Shown here one piece after another: positions 18,088-28,360 of a DNA stretch of 64,000 nt. Within the stretch, counting starts at the first letter, position 1, and each line of letters starts with the position of its first letter. The position numbers and the translations under genes are program-made. Source of the DNA: Treponemataceae bacterium. Lineage in GTDB: Bacteria > Spirochaetota > Spirochaetia > Treponematales > Rectinemataceae. The notes below the pieces were generated by a model. That model searched no databases. It saw only the letters and a program-made list of their open reading frames with translations, and was not told where the DNA came from. The DNA lies in the NCBI GenBank assembly GCA_963678065.2, contig CAXXVZ010000004.1, forward strand, positions 288,001 to 352,000, given 5' to 3'.

Positions 18088-19539
18088 TTAGGGATTGCCG
18101 CTGTGCATCGATCTGAGCACGTCGTCGGGGTGAATCGCTTCGGGAATGGGACAGGAGTAGCCGGCTACCTTGGAGGCGAGTTCCTCCGCTGCCCGGCGCG
18201 ATATGTCGGGATCGAGAAAGGCTTTTGCCGCCGCCAGGCCGAGGATGCGCCCCGCCGCCAGCATGCCTTTGTGCCCGATGGGCGAACCCGCCTGCGCGGA
18301 GTTCTGCCAGGAGTGGGCCTGCGTGCCCAGAGCGGCCGTCGCACAGACGACCTGGCCCGTCGGGACTATCTGGCTCACGTCGCCCACATCGGTGGAGCCG
18401 GGCATGCAGATGTCGCCCCTGAAGAGGGGGCCGATCACAGTGTCGAGGGGATCCTGCCCGATGGCCCTGAGGACGGCATCGCCCTGGGTGAACTTGATCT
18501 GGCCCATGATGGTCGCTATCTCTGTCTGGGTCAGGGTGGCGCGGAACTTTCCGGCCAGCTCGTTGTCGGCCGCGTCGAAGGCCGGTCCGCCTGATTCTTC
18601 CATGCATTTCTGCAGGAGCTCTCCCAGGACAAGGTTGGGAACGTAGTCGGACAGCCCCTGGGAAAAGGCGATCTCCAGCTTCGTGCCGGTCATGAGGGCG
18701 GCGCCGCGGGCCACGTCGCAGAGCCGCTCGTAGAGCTCCCTGGCCAGGGCAACGCGGGGGGCGCGGCAGAAGTAGAACACCTCTGCCTTGGCCTGCACCA
18801 CGTTGGGCGCGCGGCCGCCGGGGTTCGTTATGGCGTAGTGGAGGCGGGCTTCGGGCGCGATGTGCTCGCGGAGGTAGTTGGCCCCGACGTTCGTGAGCTC
18901 CACGGCGTCCAGGGCGCTGCGCCCGAGGTGGGGAGCGGCCGCCGCGTGGGAAGCTTTGCCCTCGAACCTGAAGTAGACTGAAAGGTTGGCCAAGGTTCTG
19001 GCCTGCCACACGGCGTTGATGTCGCTCGGGTGCCAGCACAGGGCGATGTCCGTGCCGCTGAAGACGCCGGCGCGGGCCATGAAGGTTTTCCCGCAGCCGA
19101 ATTCCTCGCCGGGGCAGCCGTAATAACGGATAGTGCCGGGGACTCCTTTCGCTTTCAAAAAGTCTTTGGCCACGACGGCGGCGGCCAGAGCCCCGACGCC
19201 AAGGAGGTTGTGTCCGCAGCCGTGGCCGGCGCCCTCCGGCACGAACTCCCGCTTCTCAGGGAGGGATGCGACCTGGGAGAGGCCCGGCAGGGCGTCGTAC
19301 TCGCCGAGAATGGCCACGACCTCGCCGCCCGAACCGTAGCTCGCCTCGAAGGCCGTCTCCATGCCTGCCACGCCGCGCCTGACCGAGAAGCCTTCCACCT
19401 CGAGGGCGGCGGCCAAAGCCGCAGCCGAGCGCTTCTCCTCGAAGCCCGTCTCGGCGAAACCCCATATTTCGTCGCTCAAGCCTTCGAACTTCGTTCTGTT
19501 CCTCTCGACGCTCCCGAACACGATCTCGCTTTCGTTCAT
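18088..19539 (-). CDS. M20-family amidohydrolase, AbgB (p-aminobenzoyl-glutamate hydrolase B)-like
   Basis: LGEYDALPGLSQ, GHGCGHNLLG, GCPGEE, WHP, GRSALDAVEL, GSTDVGDVS, HSWQ. Confidence 0.88.
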   Translation of the reverse strand: MNESEIVFGSVERNRTKFEGLSDEIWGFAETGFEEKRSAAALAAALEVEGFSVRRGVAGMETAFEASYGSGGEVVAILGEYDALPGLSQVASLPEKREFVPEGAGHGCGHNLLGVGALAAAVVAKDFLKAKGVPGTIRYYGCPGEEFGCGKTFMARAGVFSGTDIALCWHPSDINAVWQARTLANLSVYFRFEGKASHAAAAPHLGRSALDAVELTNVGANYLREHIAPEARLHYAITNPGGRAPNVVQAKAEVFYFCRAPRVALARELYERLCDVARGAALMTGTKLEIAFSQGLSDYVPNLVLGELLQKCMEESGGPAFDAADNELAGKFRATLTQTEIATIMGQIKFTQGDAVLRAIGQDPLDTVIGPLFRGDICMPGSTDVGDVSQIVPTGQVVCATAALGTQAHSWQNSAQAGSPIGHKGMLAAGRILGLAAAKAFLDPDISRRAAEELASKVAGYSCPIPEAIHPDDVLRSMHSGNP

Positions 19540-19626
19540 TCGGCGTGCCTCCCGCGCTGTCCGCGCGGCCCCGAGATTGACAGCGGCGAGCAGGAGGTGG
19601 ATACTCTGCTCGTGCACCGTTGCAGG

Positions 19627-19710
19627 AATTTCAACGAGTGTCCAAATTATAAGCCAACTATACGTCTGCAAAACTGAGCTGTCAAGAAAATTCCAACAAG
19701 CGTCGAAATT
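19627..19710. promoter_or_regulatory. Two 22-bp candidate TetR operators flanking a TTGACA-17-TATAGT promoter for the amidohydrolase operon
   Basis: aatttcaacgagtgtccaaatt (19627-19648) and aattccaacaagcgtcgaaatt (19689-19710) are 18/22 identical and partly palindromic; minus-strand -35 at 19680-19685, -10 at 19657-19662. Confidence 0.6.
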
Positions 19711-19744
19711 GCTGCTGCGTGAGTTATCGGAACAGAGGTGAAGG

Positions 19745-20431
19745 ATGTCATACAAGAAGAGCGGCGAGACCCGCGACCGTATTCTGAAGGCCGCGGCCAG
19801 GATCTTCGCCGAGCGCGGCTACTACGAGACGAGCATAGGCGATATCGCCAGAGAGGCCGGGATAGGCAGGGCCTCGTTCTACTACTATTTCGACGACAAG
19901 GAGAAGACCGCCCGGGCACTCTTCGATTCCTACGTCGACAGGATCAACGCCGCCGCCGACGCCGCAGTCCCGGTCAATGCGTCCGGGGACTCGTCTGAGG
20001 ACGCTCCCCTCGACGACCCGGGGCGGCTCATGCTCAGCGCCTTCGTGAAGTATATCCTCATGTTCAAATACATCGCCCTCAACAAGGCCACGCACGCTGT
20101 GTACTACGATCTCGTCAACTTCGCCGACTACGACGAGGCCAACATCGAGCGACTGAAACGCACCGTCTTCAAGGACACGGTGCGCCTGGCGGCGGCCTAC
20201 GGCGCCAGGCTGTCGGAGGCTGACCTCGTCGCCTTCATCGTGACGAGCAATTCCCTGGCCAAGGCTCTTTTCAAAGCCACAGTGAACGGCATCCTCGATT
20301 ACAGCCTCGAGGAGGCAATGGACAGCTTCTGCAGGCGCGCCATCCTGCCGGACATCCACATGCCCGAGACGGAGTACCGCGCCATCATGGCCGAAGCCTT
20401 CAGGATCTGCGGCCGGATAGCCCTGGATTGA
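19745..20431 (+). CDS. TetR/AcrR-family regulator
   Basis: TRDRILKAAARIFAERGYYETSIGDIAREAGIGRASFYYYFDDKE HTH. Confidence 0.92.
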   Translation: MSYKKSGETRDRILKAAARIFAERGYYETSIGDIAREAGIGRASFYYYFDDKEKTARALFDSYVDRINAAADAAVPVNASGDSSEDAPLDDPGRLMLSAFVKYILMFKYIALNKATHAVYYDLVNFADYDEANIERLKRTVFKDTVRLAAAYGARLSEADLVAFIVTSNSLAKALFKATVNGILDYSLEEAMDSFCRRAILPDIHMPETEYRAIMAEAFRICGRIALD

Positions 20432-20564
20432 GAGCGCCCCCGCCTTGTTTTATGTACTCCCATCTGGAGATGATGGCGCCACACTAGGTTTTGCGGGATA
20501 ATTGGTAGATTGACGGTTGAACTGTCATCCGGTCCGGGATCGCCTCTGCATGTGGAGGAAACCA

Positions 20565-21842
20565 ATGTACGATACATTCCTCACGAAGATAGCGTGTCGA
20601 TACGATCGATCCAAAGTATCCGATATCGAAGCGGGCATACTTGCGGAATTCAAGAGAAACGAAGGACTCTTCTCCAACCTGCCTGAAGGCGCCCGCATCG
20701 CCGTCGCGGTCGGAAGCCGCGGAATTGCGAATCTGTCCCTTATCGTCCGAACGGTCGTACGGGAATTGAAAAGGATGGGTGCCAGGCCGTTCATCATGCC
20801 GGCGATGGGGAGCCATGGGGGAGCGACAGCCGAAGGTCAGGCCGCCATCCTGCGCGAGTACGGAATCGACGAGGATGCGATGGCGGCGCCGATAGTCTCG
20901 TCGATGGAGACTGTCGAACTGCCTCCGACGGAGGGCGGCACGAGGGTTTTCATGTCGAAGGACGCGTTCTTGTCCGACGGAGTCTTCCTTGTCAACCGGA
21001 TAAAGGTGCACACGGACTTCCACGGAGAGTACGAAAGCGGCCTGGTGAAGATGTCGGTCATCGGCCTCGGGAAGCATGCGCAGGCGCTTGAGATACACGG
21101 AGCCGGAGTCAGAGGATTGCGGGAATTGATCGTCCCTGTCGCGCGCACGGTGATCGGGTCCGGGAAAATACTCTGCGGCCTCGGCATCGTCGAAAACGCG
21201 TACGACGAAACTGCGGTCCTGCGGATCATCCCGGCCAAGGACATGCTGGCAGAAGAAAAGAACCTGCTCGTCCTTTCCAGGGCACGCATGCCGCGGATCC
21301 CGACCGATCCTCTCGATGTCCTCATCGTCGACGAGATGGGGAAAGACATAAGCGGTGTCGGCATGGATCCGAATATAATCGGGAGAATACGGGTCAGGGG
21401 ACAGGATGAACCGGCCGGGCCGAGGATATCGTCGATCGTGGTCTGCGACCTCACGGCGGGATCGCAGGGAAACGCGCTGGGAATAGGCCTTGCGGACCTG
21501 ACGACGCGGGCCTTGTCCGAGAAAATCAATTATCCGGCGACCATGGAGAACGCGGTCACAAGCACATTCCTCGATCGTGCGAAGATTCCCCTTGTAGCCG
21601 AGAATCCGCGCCGCGCGGTGGAGATCGCGCTCAGGGCCGCTTCTATTCCCGAAAAAACTCCCGCGAGAATAATGCGTATAAAAAACACCCTGAAGATCCA
21701 CGAATTGTACGTTTCGCAGGCGCTTCTGGGAGAACTCGGATCCAGAATGGATATCGAGATCATGAATATCCGGATTCCCCTGTTCGACGGCGATGAACTC
21801 TTCCCCTGTTTTGAAAAGGAAACGGCATGCACAGAGCCGTAG
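20565..21842 (+). CDS. Lactate racemase (LarA)-superfamily protein
   Basis: IAVAVGSRGIANL, PAMGSHGGATAEGQ, VNRIKVHTDF, ESGLVKMSVIGLGK, GKDISGVGMDPNIIGR. Confidence 0.8.
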   Translation: MYDTFLTKIACRYDRSKVSDIEAGILAEFKRNEGLFSNLPEGARIAVAVGSRGIANLSLIVRTVVRELKRMGARPFIMPAMGSHGGATAEGQAAILREYGIDEDAMAAPIVSSMETVELPPTEGGTRVFMSKDAFLSDGVFLVNRIKVHTDFHGEYESGLVKMSVIGLGKHAQALEIHGAGVRGLRELIVPVARTVIGSGKILCGLGIVENAYDETAVLRIIPAKDMLAEEKNLLVLSRARMPRIPTDPLDVLIVDEMGKDISGVGMDPNIIGRIRVRGQDEPAGPRISSIVVCDLTAGSQGNALGIGLADLTTRALSEKINYPATMENAVTSTFLDRAKIPLVAENPRRAVEIALRAASIPEKTPARIMRIKNTLKIHELYVSQALLGELGSRMDIEIMNIRIPLFDGDELFPCFEKETACTEP

Positions 21843-23086
21843 TCATCGCGGACGACCTCACGGGCGCGCTCGATGCCGGCGTCCGCTTCGCGGATACAGG
21901 AACCAGGGTTCGCGTTCTTTCCAGTTTTGCCTCGGATCAAACGATTTACGAAGCCCTGGACGATCCCGGCACACAGGTCCTGGTCGTGAACACCCGTTCC
22001 CGGCATGACTCCCCCGGGACGGCCGGAAGTCGCGTCCGCGCCCTCGCTTCGGCGATACGCGCTTTCCAGACAAGGAATGACGAAAAAATCCTCGTCTACA
22101 AGAAATGCGATTCAACCCTCCGGGGGAACATCGGAGCCGAACTCGAGGCTCTGGCATCGGTCTTTCCGGAATCGGGGATGGCCTTCATACCGGCCTTCCC
22201 GGAGCTCGGCCGCACGACGAAGAACGGGATACACTTCGTGCGCGGCGTGCCGGTCGCACTCACATCGTTCGGGGCCGATGAGCTGAATCCCGTCCTTTCC
22301 AGTTCGATCCCGGAAATAATCGGAAGCCAATCGGAAATCCCCGTTCACGTCTCCTCGGTGAGCGCATTCTGCTCAAAACCGGTTTCTGCGCTTGAATCCG
22401 GAGGGATCATCGCGATAGACGCGACTTCAGACGCGGATTTCGAGCGCATCGCCGATGCGCTGTCGGAAACGGAGACCGCCGCGGGATTCCCACTCCTCGC
22501 AGGCAGCGCCGGCTTCGCCTCGCGGTTGCCAGGCCTGTGCGGGATGCCAAGGAGCGCCCGGCCCGGATGCCCGCTCTCCGGTCCCTTCCTCGTCATGATC
22601 GGCTCGAGAAACGAGGTTTCGAGGGCCCAGGCCGATCTCGCCATCGAGAGCGGCTTTGAAGAGGTTGTATTGCCGGCGCGCACAGAAATCGGAGTATCTC
22701 TGCCTGAGGAAACCGAGGCGATCGAACGGACGGCGACTATCGTAGTCGCGGGGAAGGACTGCGTCGTCCGGACGCAGGATCCGGGAATCCCCGCCGCCGT
22801 GCGGCTATCCATGGCCGAGCTCGTCGCCGCGGTCTTCAGGAGGACGGGGCGTTTCTCGCTCGTCGTGTCCGGCGGCGACACGCTCGAAGCGGTTCTGGAC
22901 ATCCTGGACATTCCGGGAACCGCGCATATCGAACCGAAACGCGAACTCGCACCCGGCATAGTCTTCGCCGAAGCCGAAACCCGGGCCGGAATGCTGCCGA
23001 TCATCACCAAGGCCGGCGGTTTCGGCGCAAGGGATCTATTGCTCCATCTGAAGAACCTGGAGGAGAAACGGACATGCTCTGTGTAA
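21827..23086 (+). CDS. Four-carbon acid sugar kinase (DUF1537 family)
   Basis: VIADDLTGALD, YKKCDSTLRGNIGAE, PAFPELGRTT, SGGDT, ITKAGGFG. Confidence 0.9.
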   Translation: MHRAVVIADDLTGALDAGVRFADTGTRVRVLSSFASDQTIYEALDDPGTQVLVVNTRSRHDSPGTAGSRVRALASAIRAFQTRNDEKILVYKKCDSTLRGNIGAELEALASVFPESGMAFIPAFPELGRTTKNGIHFVRGVPVALTSFGADELNPVLSSSIPEIIGSQSEIPVHVSSVSAFCSKPVSALESGGIIAIDATSDADFERIADALSETETAAGFPLLAGSAGFASRLPGLCGMPRSARPGCPLSGPFLVMIGSRNEVSRAQADLAIESGFEEVVLPARTEIGVSLPEETEAIERTATIVVAGKDCVVRTQDPGIPAAVRLSMAELVAAVFRRTGRFSLVVSGGDTLEAVLDILDIPGTAHIEPKRELAPGIVFAEAETRAGMLPIITKAGGFGARDLLLHLKNLEEKRTCSV

Positions 23087-24075
23087 CGATGGGCGATTCC
23101 AGCGGTGTCGGCCCCGAGATACTGCTCGCCGCGGCGGCGAAAGGCGAACTGTCCGGCGAGTTCGTCGTCGTAGGCGATCTTTCCGTATTGAGCGCCTGCG
23201 CGCACGCGCTTCGCCTCGATCTGAAAATGAGACCGATCGGGGATCCGGCCGAGTACCTGCCGGGATTCCTGAATATCATAGATCTGCGGCTCCTCGGAAA
23301 GGAAGAAATCACTCCCGGGGCCCTGTCGAAGCGCTCGGGCCTGGCCGCGCTTCGGTACGTGGAGATGGCGACGCGCCTCGCGATCGGGCGTAAAGTGGAT
23401 GCCCTTGTCACCTTGCCGATGAACAAGGAAGCCACACGACTGAGCCATCCGTCGTTTTCCGGCCATACTGAATTCATTGCAGAACTCTGCGGTGAAAGCA
23501 GTTTTACGATGATGCTGGCCTCGGATCGCCTGTGCGTGACGCATGTCAGCACACACGTATCGATGACACAGGCGATCGCGCTCGTCCGCAGGAGACGTAT
23601 CGAATCAGTCATCGGGCTCACCCATGAGGCGCTATCCCGATTCATACTCCGACCCAGGATCGCGGTCGCCGGTTTGAATCCGCACGCCGGGGAGAACGGT
23701 TCGTTCGGAAGGGAAGAACTCGATGAGATCAGGCCGGCAGTAGAGGCCGCCAGATCGATGGGATGGGATGTGACGGGGCCGGAGCCTCCGGATACGGTTT
23801 TCTTCCGCGCGACGCGTGGCGCTTTCGACGCAGTCGTCTGCATGTACCACGATCAAGGCCACATTCCGATGAAACTCCTCGATTTCGAAGGCGGCGTGAA
23901 CATCACGTTGGGATTGAAGGTGATCCGCACTTCCGTCGATCACGGCACGGCCTTCGACATAGCGTGGAAGGGGAAAGCGTCCACCGCCAGTTTCGTCGCG
24001 GCCTTCGAGTACGCGAAGAAACTTGCCGGGCCATCTTTCGGCATCCGTCCTTGCGCTGCGGCGCCCTTGAGATAA
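23074..24075 (+). CDS. pdxA: PdxA-family dehydrogenase (PdxA2-type, tetronate-4-phosphate dehydrogenase)
   Basis: TMGDSSGVGPE, GHTEF, AGLNPHAGE, PPDTVF, MYHDQGHIP, RTSVDHGTAFDIA; adjacent DUF1537 kinase. Confidence 0.9.
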   Translation: MLCVTMGDSSGVGPEILLAAAAKGELSGEFVVVGDLSVLSACAHALRLDLKMRPIGDPAEYLPGFLNIIDLRLLGKEEITPGALSKRSGLAALRYVEMATRLAIGRKVDALVTLPMNKEATRLSHPSFSGHTEFIAELCGESSFTMMLASDRLCVTHVSTHVSMTQAIALVRRRRIESVIGLTHEALSRFILRPRIAVAGLNPHAGENGSFGREELDEIRPAVEAARSMGWDVTGPEPPDTVFFRATRGAFDAVVCMYHDQGHIPMKLLDFEGGVNITLGLKVIRTSVDHGTAFDIAWKGKASTASFVAAFEYAKKLAGPSFGIRPCAAAPLR

Positions 24076-24086
24076 GGGGAAAACCT

Positions 24087-25133
24087 ATGGAAATGACTGA
24101 ACTTGGCAAGACTGGTCTCGCAGTGTCCCGTACGGGCTTCGGGGCGATCCCGATCCAGAGGCTCACGGAAGCGGAGTCGACGAGGCTCCTCAGGGCGGCT
24201 CTCGATGCGGGGGTGACGCTGTACGATACCGCGCGGGGCTACACGGACAGCGAAGAGAAGATCGGGAAAGCGTTCAGGCATGAGCGGGACCGGATCGTCA
24301 TAGCCACGAAGACACCGTCGACGGAGCCGGAAAAGATTATGGCAGACCTGGAGACGAGCCTTCGGAACCTTCATACCGATCAAGTCGACATCTACCAGTT
24401 TCACAACCCTAAATCGCTCGATCTCGTGACCGGACCCGCCTACGAGACAGTCCTTCGCGCCAAAGAGCAGGGAAAAATCCGTTTCATCGGCATCACGAAC
24501 CATTCGCTCGACGTGGCGGGCGCGGCCGCCGAACTCGGTCTCTTCGACACTGTCCAGTATCCCTTCAACTATCTCTCGACCGAGCGGGAGAGGGCGTTCG
24601 TGGAACGTTGCGCGACACTCAATGTGGGTTTTCTCGCCATGAAGGGAATGTCGGGCGGTCTCATCACGGACGCGCGCGCCTCCTTCGCCTTCCTCAGGCG
24701 CTTTCCCGGCGTCATTCCGCTCTGGGGTATGCAGAGACAGGAGGAGCTCGCCCAATTCGCCCTGCTCGAGCGCAATCCGCCCGCCTTCGACGATCCTGAG
24801 ATCCTCGCGGCGATCGGGCGGGATCGCCTTGAATTGACAGGCTCGTTCTGCAGGGGTTGCGGCTATTGCCTGCCCTGTCCCGCGAATATCGCAATCCCCA
24901 CCGCCGCGCGCATATCGCTCCTCCTCAGGCGCATGCCGGTGGCTCGCTTCATGACTGACGAATTCCGTGCGGAAATGGCGCGCGTAAAGGACTGCATCGA
25001 GTGCCGCGCGTGCGCGTCGCGCTGTCCCTACGGTTTGGAGCTTCCCGCTCTCCTCAAACGGCAACACGGGATTTTCGAGGAATTCTGGAATGAGAAGCAT
25101 TCCGCAAAGGATATGGAAGTTTTGTCCTCGTGA
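24087..25133 (+). CDS. Aldo/keto reductase with C-terminal 4Fe-4S dicluster
   Basis: LGKTGLAVSRTGFG, YDTARGYTDSEE, IATK; CRGCGYCLPCP and CIECRACASRCP. Confidence 0.9.
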   Translation: MEMTELGKTGLAVSRTGFGAIPIQRLTEAESTRLLRAALDAGVTLYDTARGYTDSEEKIGKAFRHERDRIVIATKTPSTEPEKIMADLETSLRNLHTDQVDIYQFHNPKSLDLVTGPAYETVLRAKEQGKIRFIGITNHSLDVAGAAAELGLFDTVQYPFNYLSTERERAFVERCATLNVGFLAMKGMSGGLITDARASFAFLRRFPGVIPLWGMQRQEELAQFALLERNPPAFDDPEILAAIGRDRLELTGSFCRGCGYCLPCPANIAIPTAARISLLLRRMPVARFMTDEFRAEMARVKDCIECRACASRCPYGLELPALLKRQHGIFEEFWNEKHSAKDMEVLSS

Positions 25134-25240
25134 TCGGCAAGGGTATGGAAAGCGGAAATATCCGGATGTCGGGATCTCCGATATTCCGGATGAGGAAGGG
25201 CATTGGTATGCGCGAGGGATCGAAGCGGAAAGACCGGACG

Positions 25241-25279
25241 AGGGAAAGGGGCTGCCCTTTTTGGACAGCCCCTTTCCCT
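25241..25279. terminator. Strong hairpin between convergent genes
   Basis: Perfect 14-bp stem agggaaaggggctg / cagcccctttccct. Confidence 0.6.
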
Positions 25280-25351
25280 TGGAGGACTTGGAGCGGAGAG
25301 CCCGGCCGCGATCCCGCCAGAGGCGGAATCGCGACGCGCCCATTCTGCTAT

Positions 25352-27172
25352 TTATCGCTTCGAGTAGAGCGGCCCTAACGCGGCACAGGCGCGGAAATCG
25401 GAACCTTCGGGGTCCATGCCCATGGCGCTCCAGTAGCTCGGGCGGAAAATGCTGGCTTCGTCGACGTTGTGCATGCAGACCGGGATGCGCAGCATGGCGG
25501 CCAGGGCGATGAGGTCGGCGCCGATGTGGCCGTAGCTGATCGCGCCATGGTTTGCGCCCCAGTTGGCCATGACGGAGTAGACGTCCTTGAAGGGGCCCTC
25601 GCCGGTCAGGCGGGGGGCGAACCAGGTGGTCGGCCAGGTGGGATCGGTGCGGAGGTCGAGTTTGTCGTGGACTTCGCCGGGCAGGGTCGCGGTGACGCCT
25701 TCGGCTATCTGGAGGACGGGGCCGACTCCCTTCACGAGGTTGATCCTCGTCATGGTGACGGGCATGCCTCCCTCGGTGAGGAAGTCGGAGGAGTAGCCGC
25801 CTCCGCGGAAGTAGCCGAGGCTCGCGTAGCGCCAGCTCGTCGCGTCCAGGCATGCGCCGGCCTCTTCGGGGCTGATCTCCCAATACGGTTTCATGGCGGG
25901 CTTTCCGTCCACGCGCTGCTTGCCCGTGCCGTCCATGGTGGTGGCGCCCGAGTTGATGAGATGGATGAAGCCCTTCGCCGCCGCTCCTTCAGGCTTCCAG
26001 CCGGTGACGCGCTCGACTGCCTCGGGGCTCCAGTAGGTGCGCACGTCGGAGAAGATCTGTGCGGTGCCGGTGAGGAGATTTCCGAAGAGCATGGCGACGC
26101 CGTTCAGGGAGTCGTTCTCGGTCGCGACGACATAGGGCGCCCGGATTCCGGTCCAGTCGAAGCTGGAGTTGAGGATAGTCTCGAGGAAGTCGCCGTTCGG
26201 CATGTGGTCGGTCCAGGCGCGCTGGCCCTGGAAGCCCGCGAGGATGGCATTGTGGCCGAGAGCCTCTTCCTTGAGCCCTTTGCGCTTCAGGTCGGGGTTG
26301 CCGACCATGAGATCGCGCACGATCATGGCCATCTTGACGCTGGTCGCCCAGGCCTCGTCCTTGCGCTTGCGCGAGTGCTGCTTCTCGGGCGGATTGTTGT
26401 CCGGGCCCTCTTTGCAGTTCGCCTTCACCCACTCCATCGCGCGCTTGAACTCGGCGTCGGAGTAGATTTTTTCGTCCATGCGGCGGATGAGTTCGCTCAT
26501 GTCGACGAATTCGTTGCGCATGCCGAGCCAGGACTGGAAGAAGTCCGAGTCGACGATGGAGCCGGCGATGCCCATGGAGACGGAGCCGACCGAGAGGTAG
26601 GACTTGCCGCGCATCCAGGCGACGGCGAGGCCGGCGCGCGCGAAGCGGATGATCTTTTCGGCGACGTCGGCGGGGATCGAGCCTGTGTCGGAGAGGTCCT
26701 GGACGTCGTGGCCGTAGATGCCGAAGGCGGGCAGACCCTTCTGGTTGTGGGCCGCGAGGACGGCGGCGAGGTAGACGGCGCCGGGGCGGTCGGTGCCGTT
26801 GAAGCCCCAGACAGCCTTGACGGTCATGGGGTCCATGTCCATGGTCTCGGAGCCGTAACACCAGCAGGGCGTCACGGTCAGGGTGACGGCGACACCTTCG
26901 CGCAAGAATTTCTCCGCGCAGGCCGCGGCTTCGGCGACGCCGCCGATGGTGGAATCCGCGATGACGCACTCGACGGCCATGCCATTCGGGTGCTTCAGGG
27001 TCTTGGCGATGAGTTCGGCCGCGGCGCGGGCCATGCCCATCGTCACCCCTTCGAGGGACTCGCGCACGCCGCCCAGGCGGCCGTCGATGGTCGGCCGCAA
27101 GCCGATTTTGGGAAGTCCGCCCTTGAGCCTCATGACGGGTTCTTGCGTTGTGAGAGAAGAAAGATCAGCCAT
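25352..27172 (-). CDS. fucI: L-fucose isomerase
   Basis: [66 protein letters not shown]. Confidence 0.95.
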   Translation of the reverse strand: MADLSSLTTQEPVMRLKGGLPKIGLRPTIDGRLGGVRESLEGVTMGMARAAAELIAKTLKHPNGMAVECVIADSTIGGVAEAAACAEKFLREGVAVTLTVTPCWCYGSETMDMDPMTVKAVWGFNGTDRPGAVYLAAVLAAHNQKGLPAFGIYGHDVQDLSDTGSIPADVAEKIIRFARAGLAVAWMRGKSYLSVGSVSMGIAGSIVDSDFFQSWLGMRNEFVDMSELIRRMDEKIYSDAEFKRAMEWVKANCKEGPDNNPPEKQHSRKRKDEAWATSVKMAMIVRDLMVGNPDLKRKGLKEEALGHNAILAGFQGQRAWTDHMPNGDFLETILNSSFDWTGIRAPYVVATENDSLNGVAMLFGNLLTGTAQIFSDVRTYWSPEAVERVTGWKPEGAAAKGFIHLINSGATTMDGTGKQRVDGKPAMKPYWEISPEEAGACLDATSWRYASLGYFRGGGYSSDFLTEGGMPVTMTRINLVKGVGPVLQIAEGVTATLPGEVHDKLDLRTDPTWPTTWFAPRLTGEGPFKDVYSVMANWGANHGAISYGHIGADLIALAAMLRIPVCMHNVDEASIFRPSYWSAMGMDPEGSDFRACAALGPLYSKR

Positions 27173-27245
27173 TCCGATACCTCCATGATCCTGGATTTGC
27201 CGGAAGGATTCCGGCGATTGTCATTCGTTCCATATGTGCTCGCCT

Positions 27246-28241
27246 TCAGTGGCGTATGAGCCTTGTGGGCATGCGCAGTATCTCCGGGAAGGGCGGGCCG
27301 CCCTCGTTGATGCGGTCGACGAGGAGTCGGGCCGCGGCCTTCCCCATCTCGGCTATGGGCTGGGAGACGGAGTAGCGGCAGTTCCGCATGAGAGGCGCGT
27401 ATGGCATCTCATCGAAGGCGGCGAAGGTCACCCGATCACGGAAGGCCGAGCCTTCCGTCATAAGATAGTTCGTCGCCCCGAGGTGCGTGTCCGCGTTGAC
27501 GATGAAGTACGCGCGGGGTGGATCGGCTTGAGTCAGCATCTCCCTCATGGCCCGGTAGCCGGAATCGATGTGGAGCGGGCCGAAGCGCGTGAAAGCGGGT
27601 TCCACGCCGAGTCCGGCCTCGTCCATCGCCCTCTTGTAGCCGACATAGCGCTCGCGGGCCGTGGACACGTCGAGACTGCCGCCGATGAAGCCGATGCGGG
27701 AAAAGCCATCGGAGATGAGGGCCCGCGTCGCCTCGAAGGCTCCGCGCTCGTTGTCGGAAACCACTGCATCGGCTTCGACATCGCGCACGCAGCGGTCGAT
27801 GAAGAGGACGGGCGTTCCCGTCCCGATAAAGGAGCCGAGATGCCGGCCGCTATCGGTCGCGGGTATGATGACGAGGGCGTCGACGAGGCGCTCGAGCAAC
27901 AGCCTGACCCGTTTCTTCTCCTCCTCGGCGCTCTCGAGCGAAGAGCAGACGAAGATGCTGTAGCCCGATTGGGCGAGTTCGCGCTCGAGGTTTTCTGCGA
28001 GCAGCATGAAGAAGACCGAGTCGAGGGCGGGGGCGATGACGCCGACCGTGTGGGTCGATCTGGTCTTGAGGCTCCGCGCCACCTGATTCATGCGGTAGGA
28101 GAGACTCTCCACGGCGGAGCGGACTTTACGCCTGACTTCCTCCGAAGCGCGGGGATCGTCGTTGAGTACGCGTGAGACTGTCGCCGTGGACACCTCCGCG
28201 AGGGCGGCGACATCCCGGATCGTCACATTCTGTTTTTTCAT
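27246..28241 (-). CDS. LacI-family transcriptional regulator
   Basis: VTIRDVAALAEVSTATVSRVLN HTH, ARSLK hinge. Confidence 0.93.
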   Translation of the reverse strand: MKKQNVTIRDVAALAEVSTATVSRVLNDDPRASEEVRRKVRSAVESLSYRMNQVARSLKTRSTHTVGVIAPALDSVFFMLLAENLERELAQSGYSIFVCSSLESAEEEKKRVRLLLERLVDALVIIPATDSGRHLGSFIGTGTPVLFIDRCVRDVEADAVVSDNERGAFEATRALISDGFSRIGFIGGSLDVSTARERYVGYKRAMDEAGLGVEPAFTRFGPLHIDSGYRAMREMLTQADPPRAYFIVNADTHLGATNYLMTEGSAFRDRVTFAAFDEMPYAPLMRNCRYSVSQPIAEMGKAAARLLVDRINEGGPPFPEILRMPTRLIRH

Positions 28242-28360
28242 GCGGCCGCTCCGGCCATGTCAGGCTCGCGCCTTCGTGCTTCGCCGCAAAAGGCGATACC
28301 GGACTCGACGGGCGATGTCCCGGCCATGTATAGTCTGGGCAGAAGTGAAGGAGTGTGGGT

